64,000 nucleotides of DNA from contig JAGWOI010000002.1 of NCBI GenBank assembly GCA_028870995.1, forward strand, positions 46,463-110,462. Reading direction: 5' to 3'. This document shows positions 24,457 through 32,496 of the stretch, in pieces (the first letter of the stretch is position 1; each line of letters starts with the position of its first letter). The notes below the pieces were generated by a model. The model searched no databases and was not told where the DNA came from. It saw nothing but the letters and a program-made list of their open reading frames with translations. This DNA is from Candidatus Omnitrophota bacterium. GTDB lineage: Bacteria > Omnitrophota > Gorgyraeia > Zapsychrales > Fredricksoniimonadaceae. Made by a program: the position numbers and the translations under genes.

Positions 24457-24711
24457 ATGCATATAAAGAACAAAACAGGTCAAATCACGGTGGAGTATAT
24501 CCTGGTTGTGACCGCGGTTCTTATCGTCATTGTTGCCTTTGTGTCAAATAAGAACGGTCCGTTTCAAAAACAAATGAACGTTACCCTTAATACGGCGCTG
24601 ACCGAAGTGAACGGAGAATCAGATCAGTTAAGCGGTTCTCATCACTGGGGTACTTCGACCGACACTGGGGTGCCCACGGGTGTTACTGTCAATCCGACTA
24701 AAGGGCTCTAA
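24457..24711 (+). CDS. Flp/Tad pilin-like protein
   Basis: KTG|QITVEYILVVTAVLIVIVAFV; RBS GGAGG. Confidence 0.85.
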   Translation: MHIKNKTGQITVEYILVVTAVLIVIVAFVSNKNGPFQKQMNVTLNTALTEVNGESDQLSGSHHWGTSTDTGVPTGVTVNPTKGL

Positions 24712-24744
24712 AAACTATTGACAAGCTAATATTAGGAGGAATCT

Positions 24745-25113
24745 ATGTTAAGAAATTTCCTTAAGAATAAAAAAGGTCAACACTTCGCGGAATACGCGCT
24801 TCTGATCGCGTTGGTTGTCGCAGGCATCATCGCCATGCAGACCTATGCCCAGCGCGCCCTGCAGGCCCGTATCCATGATGCGGCGCTGTACATGGCCAAT
24901 GCCACCAGCAATTCAACCGAAGGCATAGGCAACACCACGCAGTATGAGCCGTATTATATGCAAAGCAACTATGACGTCAGCACCAACAGCGTTGATAACA
25001 AACGTTTGGGCAAAGACCTGGTTGAAGCCGACAGCGGCAGCAACCGTTCCAGGACAGGTAGCGAGAACGCCACCTACAATGCTTATGGTTCGAACGCGGC
25101 GGGTCAGGAGTAG
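24745..25113 (+). CDS. Flp/Tad pilin-like protein
   Basis: KKG|QHFAEYALLIALVVAGIIAMQTYAQRALQAR...QYEPYY; strong RBS AGGAGG. Confidence 0.88.
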   Translation: MLRNFLKNKKGQHFAEYALLIALVVAGIIAMQTYAQRALQARIHDAALYMANATSNSTEGIGNTTQYEPYYMQSNYDVSTNSVDNKRLGKDLVEADSGSNRSRTGSENATYNAYGSNAAGQE

Positions 25114-25149
25114 GCCTGAATCTCAACGATATATTTAAGGAGGAATCCT

Positions 25150-25482
25150 ATGTTGCAATATCTTAACAACAAACGTGGTCAAAGCTTCCTGGAGTATTCA
25201 GTGATGATCGTCGTGGTCGTAGGCGCGTTGCTGACCCTTCAGGTCTATATCAAACGCGGCGTACAGGGCCGCTTGAAGAGTGCGGCGGATGACATCGGCG
25301 ATCAGTATTCCGATGGCAACAGCAATGTGCTTAAGGTAACCGTCAGGAACAGCGATACCCAGCAGATATTCAATGCCGGGAATTCTTCGACAACGATGTT
25401 GAAACCGGAAACGACCAATACCACCGAGAACTCGTTGATCGTAAATACCCAGCAAGAATTCTGGGGCACCAAGCCGGAATAG
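25150..25482 (+). CDS. Flp/Tad pilin-like protein
   Basis: KRG|QSFLEYSVMIVVVVGALLTLQVYIKRGVQGR; strong RBS AAGGAGG. Confidence 0.88.
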   Translation: MLQYLNNKRGQSFLEYSVMIVVVVGALLTLQVYIKRGVQGRLKSAADDIGDQYSDGNSNVLKVTVRNSDTQQIFNAGNSSTTMLKPETTNTTENSLIVNTQQEFWGTKPE

Positions 25483-25540
25483 CGCATCAAGAAGAGGGGG
25501 ATGAAAATCCCCCTCTTCTCTAAATATAGAGGACAAACGC

Positions 25541-25732
25541 ATGCGCGATAGACAAGGCCAAAGCCTGGTGGAATATATCCTATTGGTCACGGCCGTGACC
25601 GTGGTGGTGGTCCTGTTCACCACGGGCAAGGGCAAAGGATCTTTTCAAAATACCCTTAATCAGGTCTTTAATCAGACCACACAGGATATGCTCAACGCGT
25701 CTACTTATTTGCAACAGAACGCGGCGAATTGA
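25541..25732 (+). CDS. Flp-type pilin
   Basis: RQG|QSLVEYILLVTAVTVVVVLF. Confidence 0.85.
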   Translation: MRDRQGQSLVEYILLVTAVTVVVVLFTTGKGKGSFQNTLNQVFNQTTQDMLNASTYLQQNAAN

Positions 25733-25747
25733 AGTGCCCCATAAGCC

Positions 25748-26578
25748 ATGCGTAAACGCAGCAAAGAAATGAGGCGGGGCATGAACAATAAAGGGCAATC
25801 CATTCTGGCAGAACATGTGATGGTTTTTTTCGTGGTGATCGCCGCCATCACCGCCATTTCTGTTTTGGTGCAGCGCGGCCTGCAGGCCCGCATCCATGAG
25901 GCCCGGAATTTCGCCGTCGATTCCGTCATCAATGCCTGCGATATCAATTGCCTGAAGGCCACCGGGCGGATCCCCCACGAATACGAGCCTTACTATATGG
26001 TGACAACGGCGAATATTCAGACCAACGAGGCCCAAGCAGAGGGAACAACGACGGGGAACCCCCAGGCATTAGGGGTAAAGTACCTTACCAGCGAGAACAC
26101 ATCCACCCAAATAGGGTCAAATTCCATCCAGCTCCCTGCTATATGCAGCGGCCCCTACCCTCCGATATGTTGCCATGACGGCACGGGATGCCGCTCATGC
26201 TCACCAATTTCAGGTCATAGCTGCGGCCCAGACACTTGCGGAAATGCGAATGGCAGCGGGAGTTGTAATCCTGACGGGCCGCTAGGAGATCCTCATTCGG
26301 GAACCTGTGATACTTCGACCTGGCAATGCGACCCGTGTCATTGTCAAGTTTATACGGAATCGACCTTAGAAGGCATGTGTCCTGCAACCTATACGGCTGA
26401 CTGTGGAGCGGATTCATGCGGGCATGCCGACGCCTGCGGCTCCTGCGGTTCTTATACATGGCCATATGACGGAAAAACTTATACGACGTTCTGTTCTATG
26501 GGACGGTGTTGGTTTGTAAACCCTTATGACCCTGGTCATGGGTGGAATTGCGCCAATTGCGCCCATCCTTGTTTTTAA
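25748..26578 (+). CDS. Pilin-like protein with Cys-rich C-terminal domain
   Basis: NKG|QSILAEHVMVFFVV...QRGLQAR...EYEPYY, then CGPDTCG and CGADSCG repeats. Start may be 25781. Confidence 0.8.
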   Translation: MRKRSKEMRRGMNNKGQSILAEHVMVFFVVIAAITAISVLVQRGLQARIHEARNFAVDSVINACDINCLKATGRIPHEYEPYYMVTTANIQTNEAQAEGTTTGNPQALGVKYLTSENTSTQIGSNSIQLPAICSGPYPPICCHDGTGCRSCSPISGHSCGPDTCGNANGSGSCNPDGPLGDPHSGTCDTSTWQCDPCHCQVYTESTLEGMCPATYTADCGADSCGHADACGSCGSYTWPYDGKTYTTFCSMGRCWFVNPYDPGHGWNCANCAHPCF

Positions 26579-26601
26579 AAGGTGCAAACGTGAGGAAGGG
26601 A

Positions 26602-26961
26602 ATGGTTTTCTCCCGGAGGGCACAGACGATATTGGAATACACGATGCTTGTGAGCATCCTGATGCTGGTGCTTTATTACATGGGTGCGGCCATCAAGCGC
26701 GGGGTGCAAAGCGTTGTCAAGGTGACGGCGGACCAGGTAGGCAACCAGCAGAACTCCGATCAGGATTTTACCAACCCCGAGACGGGATATATGGTGGGTT
26801 CCAATACGCAGATGCAGGACGCCCATAACGATTGGAATGCGGAAACGGGCTACATCAGCAGCGATGGGACCAGGCATTTTATGGCGACGTCAGGGTATAA
26901 TGAGTCGACGTACACCTCGACTCAGTCCATCACCAATGGGGGATTTACGCCCGCGCAATAA
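26602..26961 (+). CDS. Tad pilin-like protein
   Basis: RRA|QTILEYTMLVSILMLVLYYMGAAIKRGVQ. ATG 26602 follows GAGGAAGGG. Confidence 0.82.
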   Translation: MVFSRRAQTILEYTMLVSILMLVLYYMGAAIKRGVQSVVKVTADQVGNQQNSDQDFTNPETGYMVGSNTQMQDAHNDWNAETGYISSDGTRHFMATSGYNESTYTSTQSITNGGFTPAQ

Positions 26962-26979
26962 AGAGCAAGGACAAGGCCT

Positions 26980-27297
26980 ATGCATATTCGTCGAGGACAA
27001 ACGATTTTGGAGTACACGGTCATCATGATCATCATCATCGGTGTTTTGGTGGCCATGAAGGATTATATCAAGCGGGGCATTCAAGGCCGGTGGAAGGCCT
27101 CGGCGGACAATTTAGGCAGCCAGTACGACCCGCAATGGGTGAGTTCCAATATCCAATTCGCGGCACAGACGAATTCAACATCTATCGTACAGGTCACTCA
27201 GGCCAGCCTCGCTGGTGTCGAAGGGCAGTTGACGGCGCGTACAGATGCGACGAATTCTTTGGAAACAAAGACAGGAACTTCACAGGTAGGGAATTGA
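26980..27297 (+). CDS. Tad pilin-like protein
   Basis: RRG|QTILEYTVIMIIIIGVLVAMKDYIKRGIQGR...QYDP. Confidence 0.85.
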   Translation: MHIRRGQTILEYTVIMIIIIGVLVAMKDYIKRGIQGRWKASADNLGSQYDPQWVSSNIQFAAQTNSTSIVQVTQASLAGVEGQLTARTDATNSLETKTGTSQVGN

Positions 27298-29480
27298 TGA
27301 ATGGAGCCAGACATCAGGCGAAGGGACAGGCCATCACCGAACTTGCCGTGTTCGGAGCGATCCTGATCTTTATTCTCGGGACGATCATCCGCACCGCCGT
27401 GAGCAACGGCTATCAACAGGACGTAAGCTTTAAGGCCATGCGTATGGCCATGTTGGCCTCCTGGAATGATTCCAGGGCCAACCCGGGCTCCGGTCCGCAG
27501 GTGACAGCCCATAACAGCGCCACGGTCCTTTTCGTCGAGGACAGGCTCGCGCCTGATTACGGCAAATACGGCAGCATGGACCGCAATCCTTTCATGGTTT
27601 CCGGATCAGGGACATTTTCATACAATCTGCTTTACCCCATCAACAATGATGACCCGGCTGACATCAAAAACAGCCTTCCGATCATGGATGTTTACATTAA
27701 CGGCCAGCATTTTCCATTCACACTGGCTTCCTATGTCGCCAACCGGCGCATTTGCCCTCCTGGTCAGTGTGCTGAATTTCCGGCTTGCGGCGACGGTACT
27801 CCCATGACGCCTGCCCAGGCCCAGGCCCAATGCTTGAAGGGTTGCGGCGGCGAAACAGACCTTTCCTGTGCCCAGCAATGCCAGCTGGCGGCGGTCAGCC
27901 AGTGCAAGCTCAACCAGTGCATGCGCAATCGCCGGGAGTGGGGCGGGTTAGGGACAGGGCTTATCAGCACAGGGATGGAAAACAGCCAAAGCAACCTGGC
28001 GGCTGTTACGGAAAAAATGTTCGACACCAATAGTCCGGCTGTCGCCCCCATCACCGCAACCACGGCAAGCGTAAGATTAACCCAGCAGTCGGACAATGCG
28101 TGCACCATTTTCACCGACCTCCTTAATGCCGGCGTCCTGGCCAATCCAACGTCAAGCACCTATTGCAGCGGCAATACCCAGGCGACGGTGGACTTACAAT
28201 GGAGTTCCGGCTGGCCTCAGTTCGAAAGGGCCTATGAAAGAGATTTTCAGTTGACAGCCAGGCAGGCCGTTCCTTATCTGGTGGCCATCGAAGGTCTTAT
28301 CTCGCCCGCAGGCAACGGCCGGTTTAAGCTGTTTTACACCTTGGTGGCCAATCCCGGCGGAACGCCGGACGCATCTAATAATTCTTCAAATATGTCATTC
28401 AGCACCACGGCCCCGTATTGCAGCGCCCATGGCAGCACGGCCTGCAGGAACATGGAATTGTCCAGCGACGTGCCCCTGTTGGACTATTGGGGCAAGCCTA
28501 CTACAGATGGCTCTGGTTCTTCCATCAACAGCAATGGGGTCATGCAGTATGACCTTTACCGCATCGCCGACTATTCCCAAACCGCTGAAAATGACGCTGC
28601 CGGCAAATTTACCGACGGGGTGCTGTATCAATTCCCCCCGTGCGCTGCAGGCAGTCCCTGCATGCGCAACTTCATTGCCTGGCAATGGGCGGCCACGGCC
28701 GGTACATCTGCAGCAGAGATCGGTCTTAGCAGCAGTAACCATGTCTACCCCACATATGACATTGACGGCCGGCTGAAGGAAGTGACGATTTATAATCTTA
28801 CGACCGATTCGTCTCATCCTGGCTGGCCGGTCGTGGACTATGTCGATGAGCAGGGAGGGGATATCGACGGCACCTGGGATGTAAATTCCTGCAGCCCTCA
28901 GCCCGGGCTTCAGTCTCAGCAGCAGGTCTTTACCTTTACCAAAAACAGCGCCAATGCCACCAATAACGGCAAAGGCACCTACCTGTTGATTCAGGACGGT
29001 AAATTGTACAATCCGGAAACCAATCCCGACGGCAGCCATACCTTCGTGCGCAGCGCCAACAAGCGGGACACCATTGATCTGATCCAGCGGGTCATTCAAC
29101 TGACCAACAATACCGGCCGTTTTTGTTCCAAAGGAGGAGGCACGCCGCAGCTTTGCAATGCTGCCTGTGTCACCAATCTCAACAGCTGCACGGCCGCCTG
29201 CGCTACCGGGACGAATAAAGCCGCCTGTTTGACAGGATGCGCCAACGCTAAGGGGGACTGTGATTCGGCTTGCGCCAATCCCAATCCGGTTGAGGTCTGC
29301 GTTAACCAGACAGGCTGTCCAGACGGGCCGTATTGCAATTGTTTCAGCACTCAGGACAATATTAAATCGACCTGCTATGATACTGTGCAAAACAAGATAT
29401 TTGTACGCAGCCGTATTGAAAACCGGCGCGGCTTTATGTGGGCAACCAACACGTCGGGACGTTACCAAGTGGGGCGCTGA
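27297..29480 (+). CDS. Large minor pilin/adhesin-like protein with CxxxC repeats
   Basis: ATG 27297 overlaps the previous stop (TGATG). AKG|QAITELAVFGAILIFIL; two Cys-rich CxxxC blocks. Confidence 0.78.
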   Translation: MNGARHQAKGQAITELAVFGAILIFILGTIIRTAVSNGYQQDVSFKAMRMAMLASWNDSRANPGSGPQVTAHNSATVLFVEDRLAPDYGKYGSMDRNPFMVSGSGTFSYNLLYPINNDDPADIKNSLPIMDVYINGQHFPFTLASYVANRRICPPGQCAEFPACGDGTPMTPAQAQAQCLKGCGGETDLSCAQQCQLAAVSQCKLNQCMRNRREWGGLGTGLISTGMENSQSNLAAVTEKMFDTNSPAVAPITATTASVRLTQQSDNACTIFTDLLNAGVLANPTSSTYCSGNTQATVDLQWSSGWPQFERAYERDFQLTARQAVPYLVAIEGLISPAGNGRFKLFYTLVANPGGTPDASNNSSNMSFSTTAPYCSAHGSTACRNMELSSDVPLLDYWGKPTTDGSGSSINSNGVMQYDLYRIADYSQTAENDAAGKFTDGVLYQFPPCAAGSPCMRNFIAWQWAATAGTSAAEIGLSSSNHVYPTYDIDGRLKEVTIYNLTTDSSHPGWPVVDYVDEQGGDIDGTWDVNSCSPQPGLQSQQQVFTFTKNSANATNNGKGTYLLIQDGKLYNPETNPDGSHTFVRSANKRDTIDLIQRVIQLTNNTGRFCSKGGGTPQLCNAACVTNLNSCTAACATGTNKAACLTGCANAKGDCDSACANPNPVEVCVNQTGCPDGPYCNCFSTQDNIKSTCYDTVQNKIFVRSRIENRRGFMWATNTSGRYQVGR

Positions 29481-29746
29481 TGAGGATACGCGGTCAAAAA
29501 GCTCAGTCAACCATCGAATTCACCTTCGCCGTGGTGGTGACTATGTTCTTGATCTATGGACTGGTGATGGTTTTCCGTTGGGCGGGCCTGGACCTGGCCA
29601 ACCGGCGGGTGATGCAGGACATCACGTTGACGAATAGTGCTGACCCGTATAAAGAACTTAGCTCGGACGACTTTTATTTTTTGCCGATGAGTGCTGTTTA
29701 TCACGGCAGCGTTACAGGGAAAGATCTCAATGAGCAAACGAACTAA
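29480..29746 (+). CDS. TadE-like minor pilin
   Basis: QKA|QSTIEFTFAVVVTMFLIYGLV; start coupled to the previous stop (TGATG). Confidence 0.8.
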   Translation: MRIRGQKAQSTIEFTFAVVVTMFLIYGLVMVFRWAGLDLANRRVMQDITLTNSADPYKELSSDDFYFLPMSAVYHGSVTGKDLNEQTN

Positions 29747-32471
29747 TAAAAAAGGGCAAACGGCGTTGATCCTGGTGCTGCTGTCGGCAGCGGCCCTGGT
29801 CTTTCTGGCCATTACCTATAATTGGGGGCGTGTGGCCCAGATCAAAAGCCTGCTGACCATCTCTGCGGACCAGTCCGCATCCCTGCTGGCTTCGGATGCC
29901 GCCAGTTACGGTGAACAAGAAAAACAAACAAGTTTGGGCGACAGCAACAAGGTCTCCGGGATGAGCGGCCTGCTGATGGACGTCATCCTCGTGGTCGTTA
30001 TCATCGTCATCATCGTTATCGAGATCGTTTCTTGGGGGTCGGCAACGCCGTTGGTGACCACCTTTTTGGGGTTGTGTCTTACGCTGGCCTTGGTCATGGC
30101 GGTGGTGACGCTGGTTTTGCAGTTGACCGTCATCCAGCCCGGAATGTGCGAACTATGGAATAAGCTGCAGAAAAGCCAGCCCATCGTACAGCAGTTTTAT
30201 GAAGGGGCGGTGGGGCCGGCCCTGCAGGGTGCCGTCACCGACCAGGTCAGGCTTACGGATTATTTCGATGAGAACGCCAACGGGCTTTTCGGCGTGCAAA
30301 CCAATTCCGGGTCGCCCACGGCCAGGGACACCATCCCCCGGTTCGGGTTCTTTTATACGGAACGGTTAAAAATGCTTAACAAGAACGTGGGGTATATTCC
30401 GCAGGCGGTTTTCTTCTATGATCAGCTAAGAGAATTTATCGGCGGGCAGACCTGCCTGCAAAATTTCAGCGACAATAAAAATTATCCGGGGGTGCCGCTC
30501 AATCCCAGCTGCATCGATCCGGCGACAGGCAATGATTATTGCGCCGAAAGCACGACGGACCCGGCTTGCACCGGCCCCATACCGGTTCAGATCACCTGCG
30601 CCCAAAATGTTTACGAGAGCAATCAGCTTCAGGTTTACCTGAACCCGTCCTGCAGCTCTTGCAACAATTCTTACACGTCCACGTCTAATTATTCAGACTA
30701 CGCTTCCAAGCCGGCGTGCCGCATAATGGTCAATAACAACTATAGTTTCCAGCTCAATGATTCCTGCTCGGACCCGAGCAACCCTTATTGCAATCCCTGC
30801 TGTCAGCCTCTTGCCCAGAAAGGCTCCAGCTCAGGGAGCACAGTGTATAAGCCCCTGCGCCCGGCCTCATGCTATCCGTACAACCAGGGCCTTCTTCCGA
30901 CGGTTTGCGCCACCAACCCAACCGCTAAAGACAAAAAGACCGGGCTGCCGTTGTGCTCTCAGATCAGTGGTCCCGGCGGCGATCCCATCAATGGCGGCTT
31001 TGGCGCGCCATCGGAGTGTTATACCGGCAACCCCTATGGCACGGCATCTCCCAATCCCTATACGCTGATCTATGATCCGACGTATCAACAGTATGCCAAC
31101 GGCATATCCTTCCTCGATCAATACGGCCGCGATCAACAGTTGATGCAGCCGACGGCCACGTCCGTACCCTTGGCCGGTATGACGGTCAAGGGGGAGTTTC
31201 CCAACGGCATTTATCCTTTCTTTTGGCTGATGGACATGAATCCGCAAACAAATTCAGCGGACCCCAATGCCTATAAGGCCCCCAGCAACTATTTCAGCCC
31301 GGAAGTGGATAAGATCGACCCGACCAATTGCAACAATTATTTGCAAACATCGTCATGGTACCATTGGTGCGTGGCCCAAAGCAATTCCAGCTGCACGGTA
31401 CAGGGTACCGGCAACAGAGGGGTGCCTCCTGTCAGTTCTCCTTCATCAACGGCATTTCCTGATTTAAATCAACTGAGGCTTTCCTACACCTGCCAGGGCA
31501 AGGACTGCTGCGTTAACTATCTGCCCGACTCCTCGGGTACGAACAGCAGCACGACGCCATCCAATACCTTGACAATCAATGCTGCCACAAACAACAGCAG
31601 CCCCGTGACGGTTGTGATAACCGCTGTCTCTTTCACCGCCGCTACCGCCGGGCAGACAGACAATATGGGTACGCTCCAGATCTCTTTTACAGCTTCAGAT
31701 AATTCCGGGAGCAACCCCATAGTAAACGTTGCCTTCTTTCTGACGCCACCGGGAAGCGCGAATGACAATAACATTGCCAGCGTTGCCTATGATACCAGCC
31801 AATCCAAATATGTATTCCAAGGCCAATATGTAAATCAAAGCGGATCATCGCTTTCTACGCCATACACTCCGGAGCAGACTACGGTTACGGGGACAGTCGA
31901 TGTCAAGATCCCGACGTGTTTTTCAGATCCGTCGGCCCCGCCGAACACGTACTATACCCTGCCCACAGGAGATTACTCCCTGGCAGCCATGGCGCAGGAC
32001 GCCGGAGGGTATAGCGGAAGCACGACAGCGCCTTCTTCCGTGACAATGACCGACCAAAATGCCTGTGCGTACAGCAATGCCAATTGCGGGGAAGACATAT
32101 GCGGCAATTCCTGCGGCAGCTGCCCGACCGGCACAAATGAAAGCTGCTCGACGACAACAACGCCGGGTACTTGTGGGTGCACGTACAGTCCTACTCCTGG
32201 GAATTGCGGGACAACCACCTCCTTGGTGTGTTGTGCTTCTGCCGCGGATGTTTGTCACAACAGCACATGCTGCACACCGGCTTCGTCCTGTCCGACAGGG
32301 GACAATTGCGGCAGTGTTTCGGACGGCTGCGGCGGAACAATCAACTGCGGTTCATGCACCTCTCCGCAGACCTGCGGCGGGGGAGGGACTGCGAATGTTT
32401 GCGGATGTACGCCTAATTGCAGCGGGGTACCTACAGGAGGGAGCAACGGCTGTAACGGGACATGTCCCTAA
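29730..32471 (+). CDS. TadG-like pilus tip/adhesin protein, Cys-rich
   Basis: KKG|QTALILVLL...NWGRVAQIKSLLTISADQSA (TadG-like N-terminus without E+5), two further hydrophobic segments, an Ig-like segment and C-terminal NCGSVSDGCGGTINCGSC-type repeats. Confidence 0.72.
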   Translation: MSKRTNKKGQTALILVLLSAAALVFLAITYNWGRVAQIKSLLTISADQSASLLASDAASYGEQEKQTSLGDSNKVSGMSGLLMDVILVVVIIVIIVIEIVSWGSATPLVTTFLGLCLTLALVMAVVTLVLQLTVIQPGMCELWNKLQKSQPIVQQFYEGAVGPALQGAVTDQVRLTDYFDENANGLFGVQTNSGSPTARDTIPRFGFFYTERLKMLNKNVGYIPQAVFFYDQLREFIGGQTCLQNFSDNKNYPGVPLNPSCIDPATGNDYCAESTTDPACTGPIPVQITCAQNVYESNQLQVYLNPSCSSCNNSYTSTSNYSDYASKPACRIMVNNNYSFQLNDSCSDPSNPYCNPCCQPLAQKGSSSGSTVYKPLRPASCYPYNQGLLPTVCATNPTAKDKKTGLPLCSQISGPGGDPINGGFGAPSECYTGNPYGTASPNPYTLIYDPTYQQYANGISFLDQYGRDQQLMQPTATSVPLAGMTVKGEFPNGIYPFFWLMDMNPQTNSADPNAYKAPSNYFSPEVDKIDPTNCNNYLQTSSWYHWCVAQSNSSCTVQGTGNRGVPPVSSPSSTAFPDLNQLRLSYTCQGKDCCVNYLPDSSGTNSSTTPSNTLTINAATNNSSPVTVVITAVSFTAATAGQTDNMGTLQISFTASDNSGSNPIVNVAFFLTPPGSANDNNIASVAYDTSQSKYVFQGQYVNQSGSSLSTPYTPEQTTVTGTVDVKIPTCFSDPSAPPNTYYTLPTGDYSLAAMAQDAGGYSGSTTAPSSVTMTDQNACAYSNANCGEDICGNSCGSCPTGTNESCSTTTTPGTCGCTYSPTPGNCGTTTSLVCCASAADVCHNSTCCTPASSCPTGDNCGSVSDGCGGTINCGSCTSPQTCGGGGTANVCGCTPNCSGVPTGGSNGCNGTCP

Positions 32472-32496
32472 ACGGAGGGGATAGGGAATTTAAAAT

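Noticed and set aside
27090-27296. N-terminal extension of the 796-aa ORF
   Set aside because: It overlaps the upstream pilin; the prepilin motif and TGATG coupling place the start at 27297.
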